Positions 17,819-27,290 of a DNA stretch of 64,000 nt are shown here, one piece after another. Source of the stretch: Methanothrix sp. (GTDB lineage Archaea; Halobacteriota; Methanosarcinia; Methanotrichales; Methanotrichaceae). The stretch is from the NCBI GenBank assembly GCA_040770465.1, contig JAXGJB010000004.1, positions 1 through 64,000 on the forward strand, given 5' to 3'. The notes beneath the pieces are model-generated. The model was not told the origin of the DNA, made no database searches, and was given only the letters and a program-made list of their open reading frames with translations. Every line of letters starts with the position of its first letter. The stretch's first letter is position 1. The position numbers were made by a program, and so were the translations under genes.

Positions 17819-19036
17819 CTACATTCTCTGCCTCTGGGCGGCCTTCTTCAGCGCCTCGATCCCTGGCAGGAGGTCTCCGGAGAGGTAGCTTATGGAGGCT
17901 CCGCCGCCGGTGCTGACGTGGGAGAACTTCGACTCAAGCCCCAGCTCCTCGATGGCGGCGCTGGTGTGGCCGCCGCCGGCTATTGAGAAGCCGGACTCGG
18001 TGGCGGCCTTCAGGATCTCGGTGGTCCCCAGGGCGAACTTGTCATTCTCGAAGATCCCGGCGGTCCCGTTGAGGACGACGATCTTGGCCTCTCTGATCCT
18101 CTTTGAGAAGTCGACGATCGTCTCAAGGCCGATGTCAGCGATCAGAAGGTCCTGAGGTACCTTCTCCATGGCGACGTCCAGCCTCTCGCCGTCCTTGTCC
18201 AGGGCGACGTCCTGGGGGACGACGATCTTCCCGGGATTTTTGGCCAGGAGGTCTTTTGCGATTGCCACCTGGTTGGAGTACTCAAGCCCCTCCACAAACT
18301 CCTCGTTTTTATCGCCGACGTTTATCCCCGCCGCCATCTGGAAGACGGTGGCGACGACCCCGGTGACCAGGACCTGATCGACGCCGCCCCGGTTGAAGAC
18401 GTTCTGGATCACCTTGATGGAGTCGTCGGCCTTCGTCCCGCCGAGGACGAAGATCGAGGGGTGCTCGTTACCGCGGACGCCCATGTCCAGGGAGTCGATC
18501 TCCTTCTCCATCAGCCGGCCGGCGGCGCTGGGGAGGACCTCGGTGAACCCGACGACGGATAGATGCGACCGGTGGGAGACGGCGAAGGCGTCGTTGACGA
18601 AGAGGTCGAAGAGGGGGTACAGCTGTTTTACCATGTGGCTTTTGGCGTGATCCTCGGGAGGGCGGCTGATGTTCTCCTCGGAGTAGAAGCGGGTGTTCTC
18701 AAGGAGGATGACGTCGCCGGGCCTCATCGCCTTGATCGCCTCTCTGGCGTGGGAGCCGAATATGTCGTCGACGTAGGTGACCTCGCGGCGGAGGAGCTGG
18801 GTGAACCTCCGGGCGTGGGCCTCCATGGTGGTGAAGTCCTTCTTTCCTGCGCGGCTCTGGTGGGCCATCAGGACGACCCGAGCCTCCTCCAGGTCGCGTA
18901 AGGTAGGCAAATGGCCGCGGAACCTCTTGTCGTCGAGGATCTTGCCGTCCGGGTCCATGGGGGAGTTTACGTCGACCCGCACCAGGATCCGCTGGTTTTT
19001 GATGGGGAAATCGTCTAGCGTGAGATAATCCTTCAA
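17819..19036 (-). CDS. pgk: Phosphoglycerate kinase
   Basis: 'RVDVNSP', 'AHQSR', 'LENTRF', 'VNDAF.VSHR', 'GGTK', 'VSTGGGA'. Confidence 0.97.
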   Translation of the reverse strand: MKDYLTLDDFPIKNQRILVRVDVNSPMDPDGKILDDKRFRGHLPTLRDLEEARVVLMAHQSRAGKKDFTTMEAHARRFTQLLRREVTYVDDIFGSHAREAIKAMRPGDVILLENTRFYSEENISRPPEDHAKSHMVKQLYPLFDLFVNDAFAVSHRSHLSVVGFTEVLPSAAGRLMEKEIDSLDMGVRGNEHPSIFVLGGTKADDSIKVIQNVFNRGGVDQVLVTGVVATVFQMAAGINVGDKNEEFVEGLEYSNQVAIAKDLLAKNPGKIVVPQDVALDKDGERLDVAMEKVPQDLLIADIGLETIVDFSKRIREAKIVVLNGTAGIFENDKFALGTTEILKAATESGFSIAGGGHTSAAIEELGLESKFSHVSTGGGASISYLSGDLLPGIEALKKAAQRQRM

Positions 19037-19200
19037 CTGACACCCTCCTTCAGGGGGATTTTTTCTATGACAGGGGTTGACTCAGGGTATATATCACCTT
19101 TAGCCCCACCGAGCGGCGCGGGGCGGGGAGGGGCCGGAGTTTGAGGGGCGGCGAGCGCGGAAATGATGATATAACTTGCGCGCGAAATTTGGCAGTGAGC

Positions 19201-19284
19201 ATGACAGGCGAAAAAGAGGGGCGGAAGGTCGTAAGGGCTGAGGAGATCATGGACAAGGGTCTGATGCTCCTGGAAATACCGTGA
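19201..19284 (+). pseudogene. Orphan 5' stub of a pentapeptide-repeat gene family (27 codons)
   Basis: MTGEKEGRKVVRAEEIMDK matches GRRVVRAEEILAE of the 58.9-kb gene, and the upstream DNA is also similar. Confidence 0.65.
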
Positions 19285-19308
19285 ACGAAAATCAAGTTGC
19301 GTCAGCGC

Positions 19309-19337
19309 ACCCCGCAGCAGAGCTGCGGGGTATTCGA
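19309..19337. repeat. GC-rich palindrome resembling REP / IS200-IS605 end hairpins
   Basis: ACCCCGCAGC-AGA-GCTGCGGGGT (10-bp perfect stem) followed by ATTCGA. Confidence 0.6.
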
Positions 19338-19343
19338 TAAAAA

Positions 19344-20363
19344 TCACCGTTCCATCTCGATCGACTTTACCAGCGAATACAGCATATCGTTTGCAGGAGC
19401 CTCAAGGGCGTGCTTCGCCGCTCGGCCAAGAACGTATCCGTTTATCGAGTCGATCTCCGTACTCCTCCCCCGGAGGACGTCCTGGAGCATGCTGGAGGAG
19501 TTGGTGGCGGTCATCTCTGCAACGGAGCGGACGAACTCCAGGACCTCACCCTCACTGAACCGATGCCCCTCCTTCTCGGCGACGGCGACGCACTCCCCGA
19601 CGATCCGACTGACGACGCCCTCCAGATGCGGCGAGAGGACGATCCCGTTCTTCTCCCGGGTCAGGGCGGTGATCGGGTTTATGACGGCGTTGGCGAAGAG
19701 CTTCATCCACTGCTGGCGTTTGAAGTCCTCGGCGAACTCGGCCAAAAAGCCCTTCTCTTCCAATCGGGCTTTGATGAGCCTTTTTGCATCTTCGCTGATG
19801 GCGGCTTCAAAGACGGCTCTTCCCCTCCCCTTCAGCTCGATCTTTCCGTCCTCGGAGAGGACGACGCCGACGGAGATTATGCCCTCGAAGACCCGGTTTG
19901 AGGAGAGGTCGAACTTCTCACGGTTGCCCATGCCGTTCATAAAAAGGACGAACTCGGCATCTTTCAGCTTTCCGTCCAGAAGGCCGGACCGCCTTATCTC
20001 TCCCAAAACTTCAGGCAGGGAATGGGTCTTGACGCAAACCATCACCAGATCAGGGGCGAACTCCGACTCTGCGAGCTCATCGAGGTCGAGAAAGCAGTGC
20101 CGGAACCGGATCGACATAGGGCTCTCGCCTTCGGCCAGGGAGACCTCAAGCCCCCTCTCTCTTACCCTCCCGATGTGGCCGGGCCTGCCCAGCAGGGCCA
20201 CGTTCTCGATGACCGGGGCTTTTCTCTCCTTCTCGTTCTTCTTCTCCTCCTCCTTCCCAGTCACCTTCTCTTCTTCTCTCCTCTCACCATCCTCAAGTTC
20301 GGAGAGGAGGTAGCCGAGGAATGAGCCTATCGCCCCCGCCCCGTAGATCAAGACCTTTGTCAT
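19344..20363 (-). CDS. panE: 2-dehydropantoate 2-reductase
   Basis: 'YGAGAIG', 'CVK', 'NGMG', 'W.KL..NAVINP', 'SSMLQD...R.TEID.ING'. Confidence 0.93.
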   Translation of the reverse strand: MTKVLIYGAGAIGSFLGYLLSELEDGERREEEKVTGKEEEKKNEKERKAPVIENVALLGRPGHIGRVRERGLEVSLAEGESPMSIRFRHCFLDLDELAESEFAPDLVMVCVKTHSLPEVLGEIRRSGLLDGKLKDAEFVLFMNGMGNREKFDLSSNRVFEGIISVGVVLSEDGKIELKGRGRAVFEAAISEDAKRLIKARLEEKGFLAEFAEDFKRQQWMKLFANAVINPITALTREKNGIVLSPHLEGVVSRIVGECVAVAEKEGHRFSEGEVLEFVRSVAEMTATNSSSMLQDVLRGRSTEIDSINGYVLGRAAKHALEAPANDMLYSLVKSIEMER

Positions 20364-20452
20364 GAGATCGCCCTCTGCTCTCTTCTGGACCAGCTATATG
20401 GTTGCAGAAATCAATTTTAACGCGCACGTTTTATTTATGTATCTTCCTTCGT

Positions 20453-20503
20453 CCCCATTCGATTCGTTGCCCAACTCGATCCGTTGTCCAACTCGATTCG
20501 CCG
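20453..20503. repeat. Three tandem 17-bp direct repeats between divergent panE and nadE
   Basis: CCCCATTCGATTCGTTG / CCCAACTCGATCCGTTG / TCCAACTCGATTCGCCG. Confidence 0.8.
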
Positions 20504-20572
20504 ACGAACCAAAACTCAGATAAGAATCGGAAAAGATAACTCGCCAGAGTAACTTACAAGAGCGAGGTTGAG

Positions 20573-22228
20573 ATGAAGGTCGCGATAGCACAGCTAAATC
20601 CAGTGGTCGGAGACGTAGAGGGCAACCTTGAGAAGGCCACAAAGACCCTATCCCGATTCGAGGGCAAGGCCGACCTTCTGGTATTTCCGGAGCTATTTCT
20701 GGCGGGCTACCCCCCGAGGGACCTTCTCAAAAGGCCCAGCTTCATCCGAAAGGTCCAGGCCGCCCTCGACCAGCTCGTCGAGGTCTCGGGAGACCTTCCA
20801 AGGACGGGCATCGTGATCGGCGCCCCCGTCTCCACCGGGAAGGATGAAGGAGCGGGGCTCTACAACTCCGCCTTTCTCATCTGCGGGGGCGAGGTCCTGG
20901 CCGTTCAGCACAAGTCCCTCCTTCCGACCTACGACGTCTTCGATGAGACCAGGTACTTCGACCCGGCCCCCGAGATCAGCGTCGCGCCCTTCAGGGGCGA
21001 GGTCCTGGGGATCTCAATCTGCGAGGACGCCTGGAACGACCCGGCCCTCTGGCCCACCCGGCTCTACTCCTTCGACCCCATAGAGGCGCTGGCGAAGATG
21101 GGAGCAACCCTCCTCATAAACATCTCCGCCTCACCCTTCACCTTGGGAAAGGAGCGGGTTCGGTTCGGCCTCATTTCGAGGCACGCCAGAAAATACGGGA
21201 TGCCCTTCGTCTATGCAAACCAGGTGGGGGGCAACGACGAGCTGATCTTCGACGGGAGCAGCCTCTGCATCGACGGCGAGGGGAACGCCGTCGAGATATT
21301 TCCGTCGTTCGAGGAGAAGGTGGGGATCGCAGATCTTGCCGCCCGGGGCCGTCCCGATCTGCAGCCGGCCGACGACGATATCGGGTCCCTCCGAAAAGGG
21401 CTGGTCCTGGGAGTCCGGGACTACGCGAGAAAGTGCGGTTTTTCGAAGGCCGTGGTCGGCCTCTCGGGCGGGATCGACTCCGCCGTCACCTGCGCTCTTG
21501 CCGCCGAGGCGCTGGGAAGCTCCAACGTCCTGGGGGTATCGATGCCATCGCCCTACACCTCAACGGAGAGCAGAGACCTCTCGATGAGGCTCGCCAAAAA
21601 CCTCGGGATCGAGTTTGATGAGATCTTCATATCCGAGATCTACAGGTCCTACGTCGGGTCCCTGAAGGGCCACATCGGCCTTTCTGGAGACGAAGTGGAC
21701 GTGGACGTCACCCTCGAGAACATCCAGGCGAGGATACGGGGAAACGTCCTCATGGCCATCTCCAATCGGTTCGGCCACCTCGTTCTATCCACCGGGAACA
21801 AGAGCGAGATCGCGGTCGGCTACTGCACCCTTTACGGCGACCTGAGCGGAGGGCTTGCCGCCATCTCCGACGTCCCAAAGACGATGGTCTACAAGCTCGC
21901 CGAACAGATCAACCGAAATGGCGAGATCATCCCCACCGAGATCATCAGAAGGCCGCCCTCAGCGGAGCTGAAGCCCGACCAGAAAGACCAGGACACCCTC
22001 CCCCCTTACGACGTCCTGGACTCGATCCTCCACCACTACGTCGAGGATGGTCTCTCGGCGGTGGAGATCATCGATTTGGGCTTCAACGCCGATACCGTGA
22101 GCTGGGTGGCTAGGGCCGTGAAGAGGAACGAGTACAAGAGAAAGCAGGTTCCTCCCGGCCTCAAAGTGACCACCAAGGCCTTCGGCACGGGGAGGAGGAT
22201 GCCCATCGCCGCTCGGTACGAGGACTGA
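20573..22228 (+). CDS. nadE: Glutamine-dependent NAD+ synthetase
   Basis: Nitrilase domain ('FPEL', 'K', 'ICED') and synthetase domain ('SGGIDS', 'ENIQARIR', 'TGNKSE', 'PSAEL'). Confidence 0.97.
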   Translation: MKVAIAQLNPVVGDVEGNLEKATKTLSRFEGKADLLVFPELFLAGYPPRDLLKRPSFIRKVQAALDQLVEVSGDLPRTGIVIGAPVSTGKDEGAGLYNSAFLICGGEVLAVQHKSLLPTYDVFDETRYFDPAPEISVAPFRGEVLGISICEDAWNDPALWPTRLYSFDPIEALAKMGATLLINISASPFTLGKERVRFGLISRHARKYGMPFVYANQVGGNDELIFDGSSLCIDGEGNAVEIFPSFEEKVGIADLAARGRPDLQPADDDIGSLRKGLVLGVRDYARKCGFSKAVVGLSGGIDSAVTCALAAEALGSSNVLGVSMPSPYTSTESRDLSMRLAKNLGIEFDEIFISEIYRSYVGSLKGHIGLSGDEVDVDVTLENIQARIRGNVLMAISNRFGHLVLSTGNKSEIAVGYCTLYGDLSGGLAAISDVPKTMVYKLAEQINRNGEIIPTEIIRRPPSAELKPDQKDQDTLPPYDVLDSILHHYVEDGLSAVEIIDLGFNADTVSWVARAVKRNEYKRKQVPPGLKVTTKAFGTGRRMPIAARYED

Positions 22229-22263
22229 AAGCGATCCTCAAAACTGGATGGAAACTTCAAGCC

Positions 22264-23448
22264 TTACGCTATCCCAAGCCCCCTGTGCCGTCTCAGTATC
22301 TCGTCGGCAAGCCTGTCGAGGGCCGCGTAATCCTCCTCGCCGGGAAGCCCTTTCGCCAGGACCGGCTCGATCATCTCGACCTTCAACAAGGGCATCATAT
22401 CCTGGATCGCTTTCACCGTTTTGCCGCCCCAGCCGTAGGAGCCGATGATGGAGGCAAACCTCGTCTTCGGCCGCAGGGCGTTGGCGAGGAAGGCGACGTG
22501 CGCGGCGTTGGGGTGGGGCCCCGCGAGGACGGTGCAGGTCGCGAGGACGAGGGTCGCGGCGTCGACGAGGGCCTCCGCGATCTTCCCGACGTCCGATGAG
22601 GAGATCTCGAACCTCTTCACCCCGATCCCCCGGGCGATGAGTCTGTCGACGAGGTGGTCGACCATCAGCTTCGTGCTCCCGTGCATCGAGACGTAGGGGA
22701 TCACCACCTCGTTTTTGACCTCCTCGCTAGCCCAGTCCCGGTACGCCTCGACGATGAAGGAGGGGTCGTCGTGAATGGGGCCATGGCTTGGGGCGATCAC
22801 CGCAATGTCCAGGGAATCGACGATCTCCAGGTTCTTTCTTATGATCGCCCGGAAGGGCATCATGATCTCGGCGTAGTACCTCTTCGCAGGCTCATAGATG
22901 ATCATCCGATCGGCGAACGGGTCGCTGGTGGCTAAGTGGGACCCGAAGAAGTCGCAAGAGAAGAGGATCTTCTCCTCCCGAAGGTACGTGGACATCGTCT
23001 CGGGCCAGTGGACCCATGGGGTGTAGAAGAACTCCAGGGTCTTGCCGCCGAGGGCTAGAGCCGATCTGTCCTCGACGGTCAAAAACCTCTCGGCAGGGAT
23101 TTTGAGGTGCTCTTCAAGAAGCTCTCGGCACCGGGGGGTGCAGACGACCTTTGCCTCCTGGAAACGCTCGATGACGGCGGGGATCGACCCCGAATGGTCC
23201 TGCTCGGCGTGGTTTGCAACCATGTAGTCGAGACGGTCGACGCCCAGGGCCTCCAGGTTATCCAGAAGCGCCTTTGCAAAGGGAGGGTCTGCGGCATCGA
23301 TGAGGGCCGTCTTCTCGCTGCCTCGAATGAGGTAGGCGTTGTAGCTCGTCCCGTCGGGGAGGGGTATCAGCTCGTCGAAGAGCCTCCGGTCCCAGTCGAT
23401 GACGCCGACGGAAAAGACATTCGGCCTGATCTCTCTATAAACTCCCAT
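22264..23448 (-). CDS. fprA: FprA family flavodiiron protein
   Basis: 'NHAEQDHSG', 'HWPE', 'SCDFFG', 'PSHG' and flavodoxin 'SMHGST'. Confidence 0.95.
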   Translation of the reverse strand: MGVYREIRPNVFSVGVIDWDRRLFDELIPLPDGTSYNAYLIRGSEKTALIDAADPPFAKALLDNLEALGVDRLDYMVANHAEQDHSGSIPAVIERFQEAKVVCTPRCRELLEEHLKIPAERFLTVEDRSALALGGKTLEFFYTPWVHWPETMSTYLREEKILFSCDFFGSHLATSDPFADRMIIYEPAKRYYAEIMMPFRAIIRKNLEIVDSLDIAVIAPSHGPIHDDPSFIVEAYRDWASEEVKNEVVIPYVSMHGSTKLMVDHLVDRLIARGIGVKRFEISSSDVGKIAEALVDAATLVLATCTVLAGPHPNAAHVAFLANALRPKTRFASIIGSYGWGGKTVKAIQDMMPLLKVEMIEPVLAKGLPGEEDYAALDRLADEILRRHRGLGIA

Positions 23449-23460
23449 TCCCCTCCCCCC

Positions 23461-23622
23461 TCACCCGACCTTCGAGAAAGAGTCTTTTGGGGCGCCGCAT
23501 TCCGGACAGGTCCAATCGTCGGGAAGGGCCTCAAACGCGGTCCCGGGAGCAACGCCGGAGTCCGGGTCTCCCTTCTCGGGGTCGTAGACGTACCCGCAGA
23601 CGTCGCAGACGTATTTGTCCAT
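23461..23622 (-). CDS. Rubredoxin (not in ORF track)
   Basis: [53 protein letters not shown]; directly upstream of fprA. Confidence 0.97.
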   Translation of the reverse strand: MDKYVCDVCGYVYDPEKGDPDSGVAPGTAFEALPDDWTCPECGAPKDSFSKVG

Positions 23623-23722
23623 CTGGCATCATCTCCTGATGATTATTTTGCATCTTTCATACTTAAATAGTTCGACAGCTGGAGATCTGCCCTTTGCCCC
23701 GATCTCCTGCGGTATCAGCGCA

Positions 23723-24631
23723 TCAATCTTCCACAGACCAGTCTCCGGTATTCAGCACCCCCGCCTTCGGCGGCTCTATCCCCTCTGCTACGAAGGCCTC
23801 CCAGGCCCGGCCCGTTACGTCAGACTCGAACTGGAACTCATCCCTCAGGTCGTAGACGTAAGCCTTGGCCCTCACCCTCCGATAGAAGGGAAAGTCCTTG
23901 AGGAGGATGGTGACCGGTCTTCTCTCGGAGATGTAGACGTACCGAGATGTAACTGCAGACTCCCTCAGGATCTCCATCGCCCTGGATGCATCAGACCTGG
24001 AGTCGATGAAGAGGTCGATCACCACCATCATCTCCTGGCTCCCTGCGTTGGCGTTGGCGAGGATCTGGCTGAGAACCTTCTGGTTTGACACGGAGATCAG
24101 ACTGTCGTCGGGAGATACGAGCCTCGTCGCCCGAAGGCCGATGTCTCGGACTTCGCCGTAATGGCCGTCGATCCTCACCTTGTCGCCCACCTGGTAGGGC
24201 TTGTCCAGGACGATTACGATCCCCCCCACCACCTCGGCCACCAGATCCTTCAAGCCGAAACCTATGGCCGCCCCTGCCAGACCCGAGAAGGCGACCAGCT
24301 GGGTGGTGGATAGTTCGAGAACAGACCCCAGGATGTGGTAGACGGCAAATCCGTAGATGGCGAACTTCGCGAGAGGGATCGCCATCTTGACGGTAATCCT
24401 GTGCTCGTAGACCCGCTCCGAAGACCAGGTCAGCAGAAATACGACGATTCTTGTGGCGAGGTAAGCCAGGACCAGCACCATGATGGCGTTTATCAAGGCA
24501 GACGAATCAATCCCCAGCTTCGGGATATCTGTCGAGATCCCCGAGGAGATGCTGGTCGAAACCCCGGTGGCACCTCCCGAGGGCGTCGAAGCAGATAGGT
24601 TGGAGTAGGCCTGGGTCAGATTCTCCGCCAT
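23723..24631 (-). CDS. MscS-family small mechanosensitive channel
   Basis: Three TM helices, 'AIGFGLKD', 'PYQVGD.V', 'G.V.DIGLRAT'. Confidence 0.92.
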   Translation of the reverse strand: MAENLTQAYSNLSASTPSGGATGVSTSISSGISTDIPKLGIDSSALINAIMVLVLAYLATRIVVFLLTWSSERVYEHRITVKMAIPLAKFAIYGFAVYHILGSVLELSTTQLVAFSGLAGAAIGFGLKDLVAEVVGGIVIVLDKPYQVGDKVRIDGHYGEVRDIGLRATRLVSPDDSLISVSNQKVLSQILANANAGSQEMMVVIDLFIDSRSDASRAMEILRESAVTSRYVYISERRPVTILLKDFPFYRRVRAKAYVYDLRDEFQFESDVTGRAWEAFVAEGIEPPKAGVLNTGDWSVED

Positions 24632-24632
24632 G

Positions 24633-25637
24633 CTACCACACCAGCCTCAGCCTTCCCAGGTGCCCCATAACCCCTTTCAGGGCATCGGGACTCACCGACA
24701 CTACGTCTCCCTCGATATGGATGAGCCGCTGCTCTTCCAAGGATCCCACGATCCTCTCTGCGGAGAGGTGATGCGGCTTCAGAACCTCTGAGATCTCACC
24801 CAGATTGAGGGAACCCATGGAAAGGATGATGCTCAATGCGAAGGAGTCATCGCGGCCAAGATCGATGGATGGCGGATCTCTCAATCTGTCCATCACTTTT
24901 GGATAGTCCAGGGCCTCCTCCCATAGATGCTCTGCAACGCCCGGGTTTCCGTCCGAGATCCGGGCGAGCTTCTCGAAGAATATATCTTCAGGAGACTTCT
25001 TCTCGCTTTTAGTCATCCGAGACCGGATCGATCGGATCTCGACTACAGGGACCGGTACGTCCAGGCTTCTGCCCATAAGACTCTTTTTAATGTTTCTCCG
25101 GTGGAGGATTCTCGGTTCGTCTCCTCTATTGGAGACCTCCTCGACGAAGGTCAGCTCCCCCTCGTCGTAGCCGGAGATGAGCATATCTCGGATCTCGTCT
25201 GCGCCCATCTTTGGCAGGCTGACCTTTTTGGAGAAATATCGGCCAAGCCCCAGAACCTCGTCCAGGTACCTCCAGGAAACGCTGTTCCAGGTGGTTATGA
25301 AGAGCCGATCCGATGAGGCCATCATCTCCAAAAAGCGGATCAATGTATCAAAGCCGCCGATATTTCGGCAGTAGAGGCGGTGGGCCTCCTCGACCATCAC
25401 AATCCTTCCTGGAGCCTTCTCCAGGGCCTCGAAACTCGAGAATATTGAGCGAGCGTCGATCCTCGCCCCCTCCATCCCGGCCATCCCCTCTACTCGATCC
25501 ATCAGCTCTGACTCGCCGTAGAACGGGTCAGATACGATCGCCAGGTTCGATCTATGACCCTCCCAGAAGTCGACTACGGCCTTCTTTATGAGGCCAATCT
25601 CCTCTTCGAATCTAGATGTCATAGTCAGGACCTGCAT
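24633..25637 (-). CDS. Hypothetical protein with degenerate AAA+-like motifs, coupled to the MscS gene
   Basis: 'IVSDPFYGES' (Walker A-like), 'IVMVEEAH' (Walker B-like), 'SDGNPG' and a C-terminal wHTH-like segment. Confidence 0.75.
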   Translation of the reverse strand: MQVLTMTSRFEEEIGLIKKAVVDFWEGHRSNLAIVSDPFYGESELMDRVEGMAGMEGARIDARSIFSSFEALEKAPGRIVMVEEAHRLYCRNIGGFDTLIRFLEMMASSDRLFITTWNSVSWRYLDEVLGLGRYFSKKVSLPKMGADEIRDMLISGYDEGELTFVEEVSNRGDEPRILHRRNIKKSLMGRSLDVPVPVVEIRSIRSRMTKSEKKSPEDIFFEKLARISDGNPGVAEHLWEEALDYPKVMDRLRDPPSIDLGRDDSFALSIILSMGSLNLGEISEVLKPHHLSAERIVGSLEEQRLIHIEGDVVSVSPDALKGVMGHLGRLRLVW

Positions 25638-25805
25638 AACGGCGCCGGGAAGATCCTAATATCCATAATCTAGCTCCCTATCAGTTTTGGGAGAACTCGT
25701 AGATTAAACTTCTCCTGTGAATTCCTACCGGTTGAGTCGAAAATTATTAAATAGATAAGGACGATATATGAACAGGTTGTAATGAAGGGTGTTGGAGGGG
25801 GTATC

Positions 25806-27245
25806 ATGAGATGCTTACTTTATCTCGCGGTCGCGCTCCTGGCGCTGGCGCCGACGGCCATCGGCGCGGTAGGGTTAGTTGAACAATCCGGGGGGTCGGA
25901 CTCCACCGATCTCACGAGTTCGTATTACGCTGAGGCTCCGGCCCTCAAGGGCCCTTACGACGAGGGATTTTCTCCGACCGAGCTCGAATTCGGGACGCCT
26001 GAGATGTACACCTTCGCGCCGCCGGATGAAGGGCTCAGCTTCGCATCCGCGACGCCTCCGGAATCGGTCCTGACCGGGATGGAGGGAACCTCTGCCACCA
26101 CCTCCGTCTCCTGGTACTGGCCAGGCTCTGTCGAGTCACAGAACAAGCTCTACATCCAGACCCAAAGCGGCGTGGCAACGGTGGCGGGCTGCAGCAACGG
26201 CGGATATCTTCCACTCTGGGCAAAGACGGCCTATACGGGGAACTTCTTCGTCTATGAGTGGTACCCGAACCGGCTCACTCCGACGGTAAACTGGCATTTC
26301 TGGACCTGGCCCAACTATCTCAAGGGATGGTTCAGGGGTGATGACGCCGGCTGGCACATAATATGCTTCCACTGCGACAAGTCCAGCAACTACGTCTATA
26401 TCTACGTCTGGCCGGAGTCCGGATCGTATGCGGGCGGGACGCTTGGGTCCTACGCTGGAGAAACATCAGGATCGCAAGCGGGTGGAATATCTGGCTCCTA
26501 TGCTGGAGGAACATCCGGATCGTATGCAGGCGGGACGCTTGGGTCCTATGCTGGAATGGGTACAACGACGGGATGCTCGAGGATAGAAGCACCGCAGACG
26601 GTACCGACCACCACCTCCCTTGCTGGTGAAAGCCTCTCTACCGGCCTTGGGATGGCCACGCCGACACCGCCAGATCCCGTCTCCGAGGGGCTGATGCCCA
26701 CAGATCTCCGGCTTCCGGCTCCGGAATGCACCACCAATTCCGACGGTTTTCAGGGCGACAGCTGTTCGACCTGCGGCGGTTACGCGACGAGCGGAACCTC
26801 AGCCTGCGGCGTCTCTTCCGGAGGGTCGACGGGTTACTGCTTGAGCGGGACGGGCGCCGTATCACCGCCCGGCTTCAATGAGGAGACCACCTATGCGGTA
26901 TCCGACTTCGGATTGGTCTATACGCCGATGGCCGCGTGCAGGTACAACGAGTACTACGTCCAGACATGGCCCAACAGGCTGACCACGGTAGCCAGCACTC
27001 AGAAGAACGAGTGGCTCCCCCTGTGGTCCAAGATCACGCGGCCGGGGATGTACTGGTCCTTCGAATGGCCTCCTTGCCAGTCTGGATGTTACTGTCAGCC
27101 CGAGGTGAAGAGCCTCGGCTACAAGAAACAGGGATGGTATCCAACCTGGTTCAAGAGCAGTACCCCAGGATGGCACCTATTATGCTACCAGTGCAACGAC
27201 TGGAGCAACTACGTATACATATACGTCTGGCCCTTCGACTGTTGA
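25806..27245 (+). CDS. Secreted Cys/Trp-rich protein with a duplicated domain and octapeptide repeats
   Basis: Signal peptide; two copies of 'LPLW.K....G.....EW.P...WF.....GWH..C..C...SNYVYIYVWP'; GSYAGGT(L/S) repeats. Confidence 0.85.
   Translation: MRCLLYLAVALLALAPTAIGAVGLVEQSGGSDSTDLTSSYYAEAPALKGPYDEGFSPTELEFGTPEMYTFAPPDEGLSFASATPPESVLTGMEGTSATTSVSWYWPGSVESQNKLYIQTQSGVATVAGCSNGGYLPLWAKTAYTGNFFVYEWYPNRLTPTVNWHFWTWPNYLKGWFRGDDAGWHIICFHCDKSSNYVYIYVWPESGSYAGGTLGSYAGETSGSQAGGISGSYAGGTSGSYAGGTLGSYAGMGTTTGCSRIEAPQTVPTTTSLAGESLSTGLGMATPTPPDPVSEGLMPTDLRLPAPECTTNSDGFQGDSCSTCGGYATSGTSACGVSSGGSTGYCLSGTGAVSPPGFNEETTYAVSDFGLVYTPMAACRYNEYYVQTWPNRLTTVASTQKNEWLPLWSKITRPGMYWSFEWPPCQSGCYCQPEVKSLGYKKQGWYPTWFKSSTPGWHLLCYQCNDWSNYVYIYVWPFDC
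26421..26564 (+). repeat. 24-bp coding repeat x6 (GSYAGGTL-type)
   Basis: GSYAGGTL GSYAGETS GSQAGGIS GSYAGGTS GSYAGGTL GSYAGMGT. Confidence 0.9.
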
Positions 27246-27252
27246 ACGGCCC

Positions 27253-27290
27253 CCCCTCCCCTCCAATTTCGGGGGAGGGGCGATCTTTTT
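27253..27290 (+). terminator. Possible terminator hairpin with T tract
   Basis: CCCCTCCCC...GGGGAGGGG followed by TTTTT, just after the stop at 27245. Confidence 0.45.
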
